This document shows, piece by piece, positions 35,641-55,899 of a stretch of 64,000 bases of DNA. A program made the translations under genes and the position numbers. The notes beneath the pieces are model-generated. The model had not been told where the DNA came from, ran no database searches, and saw only the letters and a program-made list of their open reading frames with translations. This DNA comes from the human T2T-CHM13v2.0 reference genome, Homo sapiens, in NCBI RefSeq assembly GCF_009914755.1, contig NC_060929.1; one strand, written 5' to 3'. The stretch's first letter is position 1; every line of letters begins with the position of its first letter.

Positions 35641-37434
35641 AAGAGTTAATTTTAAGGGGTTAAATCCTTATATTGAAAAGGTTACCTATAATGTACAATG
35701 ACCTAGTGAAGAAACAAGTCCAACTATAAAAAGCTGGGAAGAACAAATAGAAACCATAGAAAGAAGGGCTTGCAATTGTATTTTAGATAAAGAAGAATTC
35801 AAATCATGAAATGCTAAATAGGACTAATAGCTCATTTACACTTATAAAAGTAAAATTCACAAGAAGATGTGACATCCTGAAACAGTGTGTGACATATCAT
35901 AGCTTTAATGCAAGGAGAAATTTCATAACAATCATGTAAGATAGAAACACCCCTCTCTCATTTCTTGACAGATCAAGCAAGTAAAAAAATAAATGAGGGC
36001 AGAGAAGATTTAAATGGCATAACTAACAGACATGATGTAGTAGTTATGCATATAAATCTGTATTTATAAATAATATGGCTTCTTCCTTTATGTCCAGAGA
36101 ATTTTAACAGAAATAGTTCATATGTTAGGCCATTGTGAAAATGTAATACATTCCCCAAAGCAGAAAAGACCACAGTTTTGGACTACACATAATAAAACCA
36201 GAAACTAGTCTCAAAAGATACACATCATAGCAACAATGAAAACCAAGCATTTGGAAATTAAAACAAACCAAAGCCATCTTACTGAACAAGTTGTGAGTCG
36301 AAAAGAGAAGTAAATCTTCAGTTAAATGTGAAAAATTATAATGGAAAAACAACAATCAGCAGAGATAAAGTAATGGCATTAACTTCTTTCATGATTAAAT
36401 AGGAAGAAGGCAATTCAATAAATTAGATATTTGTCCCAGGAAGTTCAAAAGACAAACTTAAGGTAATTAGACAGTATAAAATAATTTTAAAAAAGTATAA
36501 ATTAATATATTAGAAAATGAAAACAGTACCACCAATTAACGCAAGACTGGATTCTTTAAAAAGGTTATGTAATAATAGAATAATAACAGTAAATATTTGT
36601 TTGGGACATACATGTTTTAAGCACTTTTTAGGTGAGTATGAACTCATCTAATCCTTATAATGGTCCAATATGGTGTTAGTAGTATCTTTACTTTTCAGTG
36701 GGGAAATTGAGGCCCAGAGAAGTTATAAATAACTGACCCAAGATCATAAATCTAGCAAGTGGCAGAGCTGGAATTTGACGCCGACAGTCTGGTTCCAGAG
36801 ACTGTGTCCTTAATTCCCATACTATACTCACAATTATTAAGGAAGATGCTTAAAAACTCATGGAAACAATGTCAAATTAAAAATCGTAAGTGAAAACAAT
36901 GTGTATGATACTATAGTAAAAACATGGAGGATTTAAAATAGTCTTTATAAGTTATTTATAGTGAAAGCCATCTGGCAATATCAGATAATGTTCAAATGAT
37001 TAATTATTTCTGTGTTTCATCCATGTCAGTGCCAATGCATAGCCTTAAGGATGTATTATTAGGCTAAGGGTAAGGTTATAAAGTTTGCACTTCTCGGCAT
37101 GGCGCTGTGATAGATATCTGTTGATTGTAGTTCTCAACACCCCTTTCTGCTTTTTAGAAATGCTTCCTTCCTTCCAAGAAATGCTTTTGCCCAATTCAAC
37201 CATGGGGTTTGCATTGGGGTTGTCATCTTATAAGTCTCCTTTCCCTTGTCAGATGTGAGCACTGGACTCTACTTGGGCCGATCAGAGCCTTTCCTCAGAA
37301 GTTTTGAACTTAGGACTGGAGAGAGCAAATCTCATGTTCTTCTTTGGTGTGGTGGAGAAGCTTATCTTAGCAATACTTCTGCTGAAAACAACTAACATCT
37401 TGGTCAAAATAAAAAAACAGGTGTTTGAAACAAT

Positions 37435-38315
37435 AAGCTACCACTATGCACATATTAGAATGGCTAAAACCTAAAACACTGATACTAATGTGGGGCAACA
37501 GAAACTCTCATTCATTGCTGGTGGGAATACAAAATGGTACGAACACTTTGGAATACAGTTTGGCAGTCTCTTACAAAACTAAACATACTCTTAGCATACA
37601 ATTCAGCAGTTGTCCTCTCTGGTACTTACCCAAATGAGTTGAAAAATTATTTTCAAATAAAAACCTGCACAAATATTTAAAGTAGCTTTATTCATAATTC
37701 CCCAAATTTGGAAGCAACCAAGATGTCTTCAAGAGATGAACGGATAAACAAAATGTGGTGCATCCAGACGATGGGACAGTATTCAGTGGTAAAAATAAGT
37801 GAGTTATCAAGTCATGAAAAGACCTGGAGAAACCACAAATGCATACTACTAAACAAAATAACTGATCTTAAAAGGCAACATACTGTATGATTCCAATTAG
37901 ATGACATTCTTGAAAAAGGCAAAATTATAATCAGTAGTTCCCTAGGGTTCAGAAGGAGAGGGGGAGGAATAGGTGGAACATGCGGGATTTTTAGGGCAGT
38001 GAAACTCTTCTGTATGATACTGTAACGGTGGATACATCCTACATGCATTTGCCAAAATTCATAGAATGCATGATCCAAAGTGAGCCCTGATGTAAACTAT
38101 GGACTTCGGTTAAGAAAAGTGTATCAAAATTGTGTCATCAATTGTAAAACACGTACCACACTAATACAAGATGTTAGTAATCGGGGAAACTGTGTGTGTT
38201 TGTAGGGAAAGGGGGGTGGCGATGGCAGAAGAGAGGGTGTATGGAAACTCTGTAGTTTCCACTCAATGTTTCTGTAAACTTAAAACTGTTCCCCAAAATA
38301 AAATATGTTAATTAC
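37435..38315 (+). mobile_element. L1MC-like 3' end
   Basis: cattcattgctggtgggaat...gatgtaaactatggactt...taaacttaaaactgttc. Confidence 0.8.
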
Positions 38316-38399
38316 AAACAGAAAGAAGAAACAAAGCAGCTGTTTGAAGGAAAGGGACGGATGCAGCATAGACTCAGGAGCTAAGATTCTGGAGAGATT

Positions 38400-41361
<2,962 letters not shown>

Positions 41362-41385
41362 AGAGAAAAGAATCTTTGTGGGCAC

Positions 41386-44300
41386 TAGGATTGTCTTGGC
41401 TATATGGGTTCTTTTTTGGTTCCACATGAATTTTAAAGTAGTTTTTTCTAATTCTGTGAAGAATGTCAATGGTAGTTTGATGGGAATAGCATTGAATCTA
41501 TAAATTACTTTGGACAGTATGACCATTTTCATGATAATGATTCTTCCTAGCCAAGAGGATGCAATGTTTTTCCATTTGTTTGTGTCTTCTCTTAGTTTCT
41601 TTAGCAGTGGTTTGTAGTTCTCCTTAAAGAGGTCTTTCACATCCCTTGTTAGCTGTATTCTAGGTATTTTATTTTCTTTGTAGCAATTGTGAATGGACGT
41701 TTTTTCATGATTTCACTCTCTGCTTGTCTGTTGTTGGTGTATAGGAATGCTTGTGATTTTTGCACATTGATTTTTGTATCCTGAGACTTTGCTGAAGTTG
41801 CTTATCAGCTTAAGGAGCTTTTGGGCTGAGACGATCAGGTTCTCTAGATATAGGATCATGTCTTCTGCAAACAGAGACAATTTGACTTCCTCTCTTCCTA
41901 TTTGAATAACCCCCCCTTTTTTTTTCTTTCACTGGCCTGATTACCCTGGCCAGAACTTCCAATACTATGTTGAATAGGAGTGGTGAGAGAGGGTATCCTT
42001 TTCTTGTGCTGGTTTTCAATAGGAATGCTTCCAGCCTTTGCCCATTCAGTATGATATTGGCTATGGGTTTGTCATACATGCCTCTTATTATTTTGATATA
42101 TGTTCCACCAATACCTAGTTTACCAAGAGTTTTTAACATGAAAGAATGTTGAATTTTATTGAAGGCCTTTTCTGTATATATTGAGATAATCATGTGTTTT
42201 TTGGTCATTAGTTCTGTTTATGTGATGAATTACATTCTTGATTTGTGTGTGTTGAACCAGCCTTGCATCCCAGGGAGGAAGCCATGGTGGGTAAGCTTTT
42301 TGATGTGCTGCTGGATTCAGTTTGCTAGTATTTTATCGAGGATTTCTCACTGATGGTCATCAGAGATATTGGCCTGAAGTTTCCTTTTTTTGTTGTATCT
42401 CTGCCAGATTTTGGTATCAGGATGATTCTGGCCTCATAAAATGAGTTAGGGAGAAGTCTCTCCTTTTCAATTTTTTGGAATAGTTTCAGAAGGAATGGTA
42501 CCAGATCCTTTTTGTACCTCTGGTAGAATTTGGCTGTGAATCTGTCTGGTCCTGGGCTTTTTTTGGTTGGTAGGCTATTTATTACTGCCTCAATTTCAGA
42601 ACTTGTTATTGGTCTATTCAAGGATTCAACTTCTTCCTGGTTTAGTCTTGGGAGGGTGTATGTGTCCAGGAATTTATCCATTCCTTCTAGATGTTCTAGT
42701 TTATTTGCATAGAGGTATGCTATAGTATTCTCTGATGGTTTTTTGTATATCTGTGGGGTCAGTAGTGATATCCCCTTTATCATTTTTTATTGTGTCTATT
42801 TGATTCTTTCTTTTCTTATTAGTCTAGCTAGCGGTCTATCTATTTTATTTTATTTTTTTCAAAAAACAAGCTCCTAGATTCACTGATTTTTTTGGAAGGA
42901 TTTTTTGTGTCTGTATCTCAGTTCCGCTCGGATCGTAGTTATTTCTTGTCTTCTGCTAGCTTTTGGATTTGTTTGTTCTTGCTTCTCTAGTTCTTTGAGT
43001 TGTGCTGTTAGGATGTCAATTTGAGATCTTCGTAACTTTCTGATGTGGGCATTTAGTGCTATAAATTTCCCTCTTAACACTGCTTTAGCTGCATCCCAGA
43101 GATTTTGGTATGTTGTCTCTTTGTTCTCATTGATTTCAAAGAACTTCTTGATTTCTGCTTTAATTTCATTATTTACCCAGGAGTCATTCAGGAGCAGGTT
43201 TTTCAATATCCATGTAGTTGTGTGGTTTTGAGTGAGTTTCTTAATCTTGAGTTCTAATTTGATTGCACTGTGGTCTGAGTGACTGCTTGTTATGATTTCA
43301 GTTCTTTTACATTTGCTGAGGAGTGTTTTACTTCCAATTATGTGATTAATTACAGAGTAAGTGCCATGTGGCACTGAGAAGAATGTATATTCTGTTGTTT
43401 TGGAGTGGAGAGTTCTGTAGATATCTATTAGGTTTACTTGATCAAGAGCTGAGTTCAAGTCCTGAATATCCTTGTCAATTTTTTGTCTCGATGATCTAAT
43501 AGTGACAGTGGGGTGTTAAAGTCTCCCGCTATTACTGTGTGGGAGTCTAAGTCTCTTTGTAGGTTTCTAAGAACTTGTTTTATGAATCTGGGTTCTTCGG
43601 CATTGGGTGCATATGTATTTAGGATAGTTAGCCCTTCTTGTTGAATTGATCCCTTTATCATTATGTAATGCCCTTCTTTGTCTTTTTTGATCTTTGTTGG
43701 TTTAAAGTCTGTTTTGTCGGAAACTAGGATTGCAACTTCTGCATTTTCCTGCTTTTCATTAGCTTGGTAAATTTCTCTCCATCCCTTTATTTTGAGCCTA
43801 TGTATGTCTTTGCATATGAGATGGGCCTCTTGAATACAGCACACCAATGGGTCTTGACTCTTTATTCAGTTTGCCAGTCTGTGTCTTTCAATTGGGGCAT
43901 TTAGCCCATTTACATTTAAGGTTAATATTGTTATGTGTGAATTTGATCCTGTCATCAGGATACTAGTAGTTATTTTGCACACTAGTTGATGCAGTTTCTT
44001 CACTGTGCCATTGGTCTTTGTATTTCAGTGTGTTTTTGCAGTGGCAGGTACCAGTTTTTCCTTTCCATATTTAGTGCTTCCTTCAGGAGCTCTTGCAAGG
44101 CAGGCCTAGTGGTGACAAATTCACTCAGCATTTGCTTGTCTAACAAGTATTTTATTTCTCCTTTGTTTAGGAAGCTTAGTTTGGCTGGATATGAAATTTG
44201 GGTTGAAAATTTTTTTCTTTAAGAATGTTGAATATCGGCCCTCACTCTCTTCTGGCTTGTAGGGTTTCTTCTGAGAGGTCTGCTGTTGTTAGTCTGACGG

Positions 44301-46290
44301 GCTTCCCTTCGTAGGTGATCTGGCCTTTCTCTCTTGCTGCCCTTAACATTTTTTCCTGCATTTCAACCTTGGAGAATCTGATAATTATGTATCTTGGGGT
44401 TGATCTTCTCATGGAGTATCCTACTGGGGTTCTCTGTATTTCCTGAATTTGAATGTTGGCCTGTCTTGCTAGGTTGGGGAAGTTTTCCTGGATGATATCA
44501 TGAAGTGTGTTTTCTAACTTGGTTCCATTCTCCCGTCTCTTTCAGGTACTCCTATCAGTCATAGGTTTGGTCTTTTTACATAGTCCCATAGTTGTCGGAG
44601 GTTTTGTTCATTCCTCTTCATTCTTTTTTCTCTAATCTTGTCTGCCTGCCTTAATTCAGCAAAATAGTCTTCAATATCTGACATTCTTTCTTCCACTTGA
44701 TTGATTCAGCTTTTCATACTTGTGTTTGCATCACAAAGTTCTCGTGCTGTGTTTTTCAGCTCCATCAGGTCATTTATGTTTCTCTCTGAACTGGCTATTC
44801 TAGTTAGCAGCTCCTGTAACCTTTTATCATGGGTTTTGCCTTCTTTGCATTGGGTTAAAACATGTTCCTTTACCTCAGCGAAGTTTGTTATTACCCACTG
44901 TCTGAAGCCTACTTCTGTCAATTCATCCATCTCATCCTCCATCCAGTTCTGAGCCCTTGCTGGGGAGACGTTGCAATCATTTGGAGGAGAATGATCTGGC
45001 CTTTTAATTTTCAGTGTTTTTATGTAGATTCTTTCTCACCTTCATGAGTTTGCCTAGTTTCGATCTTTGAGGCTGCTGACCTTTGGATGAGATTTTTGTG
45101 GGGATGATTTTTGTTGATGCTGTTCTTGTTGCTTTCTGTTTGTTTGTTTTTCTTTCAGTAGTCAGGTCCCTTTTCTGTAGGGCTGCTGCAGTTTTCCGGG
45201 GGTTCACTTCAGGCCCTATTCATCTGGGTATCTTCCATACCTGGAGATGTCACCCGAGGCAGCTGGAGAACAGCAAAGATGGGTGCTGGCGTTTTCTCTG
45301 GGATCTCTGACCTTGAGAGGCACCAACCTGATACCAGTAGGAATGCTCCTGTATAGGGTGTCTGGCAACCCCTGTTATGGGGTCTCACCCAGTTGGGGGG
45401 CATGGGAACCAGGACCCATTTAACAAAGCACTTTGGCTGTCCCTTGGTGGAGGGATAGTGCTGCATTAGGGGAGAAACCCACTCATCTGAGCTGCCTGGA
45501 TTCCTCAGAACTAGCAGGAAGAAAGATTAAGTCTACTGGTCCATGGAGACCATGGCCAACCCTCCTTCTAGAGGCTCAGGCCCAGGGAGATCAGATCTCT
45601 GTCCCTAAAACCCTGGCTAGAGTTGCTGGAGTTCCTGCAGGGAGGCCCTGCCCAGTGAGGAGGAATGTGTCAGTGTCCAGCCTAAGGAGGCAGTCTGGCC
45701 ATGGTCTGCAACAGTCAGTGTGCTGCGCTGTGGGAAATACTTCTTGGGACCAAGCAATCCAGTCTCCTCAGCTCCAGTAGGGAAAAATCACTGGAGCTAT
45801 AGTGATGGCTGCCGCCCTTCTCTCCAGCCCTGGGAGTTCAGTGTCTTAGGCAGCTAGCAGCTGCAGTAATGGCTGCCGACCCTCGCCCCGGGAACTTGGT
45901 AGACTTAGGTAGATTCCAGCTGAGTGGCTGTTGAGAATCTGTGTGGCTCTGTGGTTAGGACCCAAGGCCCTGGTGGCATGGGCTCTCAAGTGGGATCTTC
46001 TGATTTGGGGTTGCACAGATCTGTGGAAAAAGCACAGTTTCCCAGGCTGGGTAGCATGCTCACTCACCTCCTTCCTTGGCTGGGGGTGAGGATTCCCCTT
46101 GCCCTGTGTAGCTCTCAGGTGGGCCAACACACCACTTTGCTTTTCATTTTTATCTGTGGGTCATGCCAACCACCTAGTCAGTCCTGATGCTAGAATATGG
46201 ATACCTTGCTTGCCAGTGCAGGATTCTCAGCTGTTTTGGTTCTCCTCAGTGTGAGCCTCCAACCACTGCTAGTCAGCCATCTTGGCCCTG
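41386..46290 (-). mobile_element. Older primate L1 (about L1PA8-L1PA13), intact 5' end, 3'-truncated
   Basis: 5' GGGCCAAGATGGCTGACTAG; about 1.25 kb 5'UTR; degenerate ORF1 and ORF2 pieces in the ORF track; stops at ...AKTIL with no 3'UTR or poly(A). Confidence 0.92.
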
Positions 46291-48757
46291 CCTACCCTTC
46301 CTTTTTTTTTTTTTTTAATTTGTTTCTTCCATTTAATCATGCTCCATTTCCTTCCCTGTGAAAATGAGCTCTTGGGAAGGAATCTAATAGATTCATTCAC
46401 ACAAAGGCTGATTAAATTAATTATGTGATCTCCAGGACCGTAATGCTAATGATTTTGAACATCCTTTAATGTGCTTATTTGCTATCTATTCATACTCTTT
46501 GATGATGTATCCAGTCAATATTTTTGCCCACTTTTTGTTTGTTTGTTTTTTTTATTGTCAAATTATGAGAGTTCTTTATGTATTCTGAATACAAGTCTGT
46601 TGTCAGGTACATTTGCAAATATTTTCTCCAAGTCTATAGCTTGTCTTTTTATTTTTTCTTAACAGTGTCTTTGGCAAAACAAAAATCTTAAAGTTTGATG
46701 AACCCCAATTTATCAATCTTATCTTTTATAGATTTTGCACTTGGTGTCAAGTGTATGAACTATTTGCCTAACACTAGGACGTGAAGTATTTTTTCCTATG
46801 ATTTATTCTAAACATTTTACAGTTTCATATTTCACTTTTAGATGTGTAGCCTATATTTATATAAGATATGAGGTTTAGGTCAAAGCTCATTATTCAGCAT
46901 CATTTTAAAAAGACCATCTTTTCTCCATTGAATTGCATTTGCGCTATTGCCAAAAATCCATTGGCCATATTTGTGTGGGTCTATTTTTGTGCTCTCTCAT
47001 CTCTCCTATTAATCTATATGTCTAGCCCATTGCCTTTACAGTTCTGTATAAAATACTATAGCTTTATAGTAAGTCTTAAAATTGGATAGTGTGATTCTTT
47101 CAATTTTATTTACTTTTTAAAAATAATTGTTTTGGTTATTATAGTTATTTTGCCTTTCTATATGTATTTTGGAATAACCTTACCTACAAAAATTTCTGCC
47201 AGAGGTTAGAATTGAAAATTAACTCATAGATCAATGTTTATGGATTCGACATCATTACTATGTTGAATGTCCAATTAGTGAACTTGGTATTCTTCAATTA
47301 CTTAGGCCTTTAAGATACTTCATAAGCATTTTGTAATTTTCACTATACAGATCCTGTATGTATTTTGCTAGATTTATACCAAGGTTTTTTATTTTGGGGA
47401 ACTATTGTAAATGGTATTGTAAAAAACATTTTGATTTCTAATTATTCATTTCTGATACATAGAAATATGATTGATTAATTTGTGCACATTCATATATTCA
47501 TGAATGTTAACCCACATGCTAAATTGGTTCAAGGTATTTAAAAAATAGATCTCTTGTTTTTTTTAATGCAAGCAATTATGTTCTCTACAAATAAGGATAG
47601 TTTTATTTCTTCCTCTCCAATCCGTATGCCTCTTATTAATTTTTCTTGCTTCATTGCACTGGCTAGTACACTTCTAAGTAAGAGTGGTGAGAGTGTTGCT
47701 TTGTTTCAGATATTAGGAGGAAGGCATTTTGTCTTTTACCATTAAGTAAAACATAATGCTAATTTTAAAATTTTTTGCAGAGATGGGGATCTCACTATGT
47801 TGCTTAGGCTGGTTTCAAACTCCTGGCCTCAAGCAATCCTCCCACCTCTGCCTCCCAAAGTGCTGTGATTACAGGCATGAGCCATTATGCTTGGCCAAGT
47901 TTTATCTTATTTTTAAGATGTCCTTTATCAAGCTTAGTTTCATTTTGTTCCAAGTTTGCTGAGAATTGTGAATGGACATAAATTTTATTAAATGTTTTTC
48001 TCTTCATCAATTTTACTCCTAGGATAAAGCCCATGGTGTATTATTCTTTTTGTGTGTTGCTGGATTTGATTTTCTAATATTTTGTTGAAAAATTTTGCAC
48101 CTACATTCATGAGGCATATTGGCCTGTATTTTTCTTGTCTTGTACTGTCTTTGGTTTTGGTATGAGAGTAATGCTGTCCTCATAGAATAAATTGGGAACT
48201 GTTTATCTCTTCTTCTGTTTTCTAGAAGAGATTGTATAGAACTTTTTTTTTAAATGTGTGTTCCCACAGTGAAACTGTCTGGTTTGAAGATTCCTTTTTG
48301 GGGGAAAATTACTACAAATTCAATTCCCTTAATAGTTAAGATTATCATTCAGATTATCATTTCATCTTCAGTAAGTTTTGCTAGTTTATGGTTTTTGAGA
48401 AATTGACCGATTTAATCTACTTTATCAAATTTATGTACATAGCATTGTTTGTAGTAGTCTCTTATTATCCTTTTAATGCCTTCATGCTCTGTAGTGTTAG
48501 CGCCTTTCATTCACGAGATTAGTAATTTGTGTGTTCTGTCTTTTCTCTTTGTCAGTCTTTCTAGAGGTGTATCAAAATTACTAATTTTTAAATTTAAATT
48601 TTAATTCTTTTGAAACAAGAGTTTTGCTCTGTCACCTAGGCTGGAGTGCAGTAGCTCTATCATAGCTCACTGCAGCCTCGACTTCTCTGGCTTGAGTGAT
48701 TCTCCCGCTTCAGCCTCCTGAGTAGCTGGGACTACAAGTATGTGCCGCCATGCCTAA

Positions 48758-49039
<282 letters not shown>

Positions 49040-49500
49040 TGAAAGGTTAGATTATTTATTTGAAATCTTTCCTCTTTTATAATACACACATTTAACACTG
49101 CAAATTTATCTCTCATTACTACTAAAGCTGCACTCCCCAAATTTTGATATCTTATATTTTCATTTTTGTTCCGTTCAAAATATTTTCTTATTTTTCTTGA
49201 GACTTTCTTTTTGATATATGAATTGTTTCGAACAATGTTGTTTAACTTCTGTTTGGAGACTTTCCTGTTACTATTCTGTCATTGATTTTTGGTCTAATTC
49301 CATTATAGTCAGAGAACAGTTTTTTTGTATTATCTCAATTTTAAATTTTTTTCAGGTTTGTTTTATAACTCAGGATATGGTCTATCTTGGTATGTGTTTA
49401 ATGTGCACTAAAAATAAATGTTTATTCTTCTGTTTTGGGTGAATTATTCTATAAATGTCAGTTAGATCCAGTTAATTGATGATGTTCTGTTCTCCTATAG

Positions 49501-49712
49501 CAGTGGTTCTCGACTGAGAATGATTTTCCCCCACTTCCCCCAGGGGACATTTGTCAGTATCTGGAGACATTTTTGATAATCACAGCTTAGGAGGGGATGC
49601 TGCTGGCACCTGGTAGGTAGAAACCAGAGATGCTGCTAAGCATCCTACAATACACAGAAGAGCCTTACCCCACAACTCTCACCATAATTATCCAGTCTAA
49701 AATGTTAATATT
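49501..49712. mobile_element. MER20 hAT DNA transposon
   Basis: cagtggttctc...ggggacattt...tctggagacattttt...gatgctgctaagcatcctacaat. Confidence 0.85.
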
Positions 49713-50026
49713 CCTGAATTTTCTGTTTGCCCTAACAGTCAATTAAAGAGAGAGAAGTATTGAAGTTTCCAACTATAATTGTGGTTTTGTCTGTTTCTCT
49801 TTTTAGTTCTGTCAGGTTTTGGTCCATGCGTTTTGAAGCTTTGTTATTAGGTTCATACGCATTTAGGACTGTTTTGTGTTCTTAGTGAATTGACCTTTTA
49901 TCATGTGTAATGTCCCTCTTTATCTCTCTCTTCTTTGCTCTGGATTGTTTGTTTGATATTAATATAGCTACTCCAGCTTTCTTTTGGTCAGTGTTACATT
50001 GGTGTATCTTGTTTCATCCTTTTACT

Positions 50027-50665
50027 GTTTTTTTGTTTGTTGTTGTTGTCAAATGATCATTCATTTAAATATTTTCCTTTGTAGTTGTTAACTAGCTGGA
50101 CATTCCACTATGCCATTGTTGATGTCATCTATGATGCGGAGTGTGGTAGCCATCAATAGTGCAGTCCACCAGTTGGTGGGCAGTCTCCAGGAGCTCTTTA
50201 AGGGTTCCAGAGAGTTCTCTAGCTAAATATCAGTGCTGCATTGGGAAATGCTGACAATTGCAACAAAAATGATATTTCCACTCTGCTTACTGTTTTTTTT
50301 GCTGTTTTCTGTCACAGAGCGATTCTTGGAGAACTTTGATGATAGTGCAGAGGCAGAATCCTCAATCTGGGCCTGCATGTTCTGAATGGTTCATTTCACT
50401 GTAATCCTTAGGGTCTTCCAGTCACTAGCTTTCTTGGCAATGTCATTACCAACATTTATTTGGAGACAGGTCCATGGAGTTGATCTCAGGGGTCAGGGCA
50501 GGCATGACACTGATTTCCCCACCAGCGTCCCTCAGGTATACAACTTTGATTTTGGTGTGCTTGAACCTGGATGGCATGGAAGAGGCGGCTGGTGTTATAT
50601 GAAATCAGATGCTGCATGGCAGAAGAAGGTTGCACTTTGTTTTCCTCTGAGCTGAAAGCCCAGAG
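50027..50665 (-). pseudogene. RPL12 processed pseudogene, full-length and degenerate
   Basis: Minus strand: RPL12-like 5'UTR; ATG at 50577; IKVVYLR, DWKTLRITVK, ARELSGTLKELL, IIDDINNGIVECPAS*; stop 50088-50090; intronless; decayed A tail; TSD ttcatccttttact / tccatacttttact. Confidence 0.93.
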
Positions 50666-51176
50666 TCCATACTTTTACTTTGAATCTACTTATATTTTTA
50701 TATTTGAAGTGAATTTCTTGTTGACAGCATATATTTGGTTTGTGTTTTTTCTCCATTTTGACAAACTTTTTAATTAGCTTGTTTAGCCCACTTAAACATT
50801 TAATGTAATTACTGGTATGTTTGAAGTCTACTGTTTCATCATTTGTTTTCTTCTGCCCCCTAATTTTTTTTGTTCCTCTCCTTTTCCGTTTCTGCCTTCT
50901 TTTGGAACTTTTTTTGTATCCCACTTGATCTATTGCATTTTGACTATATCTCTTTGTATATTTTTGTTTGCCCTAGAGATAACAATAGAAAAATTTAGCT
51001 TTGCCTACTTTTGCCACTTCAAGTAGAATATAGAAACATTCCCACCATATTGGTCCCTTTAGCCTCAATTCTTTGTATTGCAGTTGTCTTATATATTACT
51101 CTACATACATTGAATACCTCATCAGAAGATGTTATAATTTTTGTTTTCAACTACAAACATATTTTAAAGAAATCCA

Positions 51177-51340
51177 GGCCAGGCATAGGTGGCTCATGCC
51201 TATAATCCCAGTGCTTTGGGAGGCCAAGGCAGAAGGATCACTTGAGGCCAGAAGTTTGAAGCTGCAGTGATCTATAATAGGATTGTGCCATTGCACTCCA
51301 GTGGGGGTGACAGAACGAGACCTTGTCTCTTAAAAAAAAG
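51177..51340 (+). mobile_element. FLAM/Alu monomer
   Basis: ggccaggcat...gcagtga...ccattgcactccag...A tail. Confidence 0.82.
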
Positions 51341-51644
51341 ATCATTACATAGCAGAAAAATAGTCTATTATACTATAATGGTCTATTGTATTAAGAACCC
51401 CTCACAGTAGAGTAACTATGATTTATAAAAATCTATTGTATATTTCAAAATAGCTGGAAGAAGAAAAAATAGGACCTCGCCAACCAGGAGAAAATTTCCC
51501 ATATCACTTCAGCCTTCTGTTTCTTCCTGCAGCTTCTCTCCTGGCCTCACATATCAGGAGACCTGAATTTCCCACTGCCTTGAGATAGGCTTGGACCTTA
51601 CTAAACTCAATACAACTGGCTTGAAATTATTTTTTGAAATTTTG

Positions 51645-54410
<2,766 letters not shown>

Positions 54411-55095
54411 GGCTTGAAATTATTAAAAGTGTGATTTCTATGTGTGAATCAATCACAAGACATGTCAAAAGGAATTTCTTTTTCCTCTGGAGGAAAAAGA
54501 TTAAACACAAGGGTTCACAATTGACTCCACGTGGTTATCCACATTGTGTTGTCACAATGATTGCACCTGAAAACTCATCTAGGTCTTTGGAAAGAAGAGA
54601 ATGGAGGACTAACATTTACTGGGACACTCCCATATTATGTATCTGCCTACTTCTATTAATATAGCCCTGTGCAGCTCAGATGTGCTAGCTTTTGTTGTCT
54701 CAGAAAATGTCTCTCTCTCTGTCTCTCCACACACGTGTCCCCCCCCCCCACACGTTTCATTACTGAACAATATATATAATACTTACGTTTTCTCCTGACC
54801 TTTTAGCTAGCAGAGTGTATGCTCAGCACATGAGCACTAACTAGGGTGACCTAACAATTTATCACATAAACTAGAATACTTTTGAAAGCAAAAGGGGACC
54901 CTATGACAAATGCCAAGACAGCTGGGCCTCATGAAGTGCATCATAAGCAGCACTGCAGCTGGGAATGAACAACCATCAGTGACTTGAACCACAGCTTGGT
55001 GAAGACAGTGGCAACAGCCTTGACCTCAGAGGATTTGAAGAGAATCTGTGAGCAATCCCCGGGGATGAAATAATGCAGCCATTCAGAACCTTGTC

Positions 55096-55209
55096 CCTGA
55101 GCAGTAAGGGGTTTCCTTGAGCACAATCTCTTCTCATATTTACAATCGCTCTCCTGAGCAATAAGGGGTTTCCTTGAGCACAATCTCTTCTCATATTTAC
55201 AATCGCTCT
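55096..55209. repeat. 57-bp tandem duplication (2 copies, 1 mismatch)
   Basis: cctgagca(g/a)taaggggtttccttgagcacaatctcttctcatatttacaatcgctct at 55096-55152 and 55153-55209. Confidence 0.97.
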
Positions 55210-55899
55210 GCAAGAGAGATATTATTATTCTTACGCCAGAGAAAAGGAAATGGAGGTTTAAAGAATAAATGCAAAATGTCCAAAATCCATACAGCCAGAA
55301 TTTGGTAGAGCAGACACTAGGACTTTGCCCTGTCTGATTCCAGGCACCAACTTGGAAGCCATGCAATGTCCTGGGCTGGATACAAATTTTGGTGGCCACC
55401 GATCAGGGTTCAAATTCCAGCTCTGGTTACCGTGGCTGCCCTGTATGATCACAGTGCAATGTTGAGTGTAGTAGCTCATGTGAATACAGTGCTTGCCATA
55501 GTCCCTGCTCTGTACTACATGCATTCCCTATGCTATCCCATTTCATGCTTTGTACTAACCCCATCATGTGTGTACTATTAGAAACACCATTTTGCAAATG
55601 AGGGAGATAGTCTGAAAGAGGCTGGAAAAGTGCCCACTGCATGAAAGATACACAATAAATATATTTCCCTTCTGTCCTGACCACAGGGTCAGAGCACAGT
55701 AGAGGTCTTGAACCATTCTGTGTTTTATGATATTGTTCTGGAAGGTCTTAGGAGGCAATGCCCTCTCCTAATGAATGTGCCTGCTTTTCCAGTTTTTCCA
55801 AAGGCTCAAGGATTACTTGTTATATGGTGCATATTAATTATTTTTTTGGTGTGGCCAAAATCCTTCCCACTTTCTTGAAACCATTTTGTCCCGTGCAGT

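Noticed and set aside
54941-55399. 152-aa ORF with an internal peptide repeat
   Set aside because: Artefact of the 57-bp (19-codon) duplication plus MIR sequence; no splice or homology support
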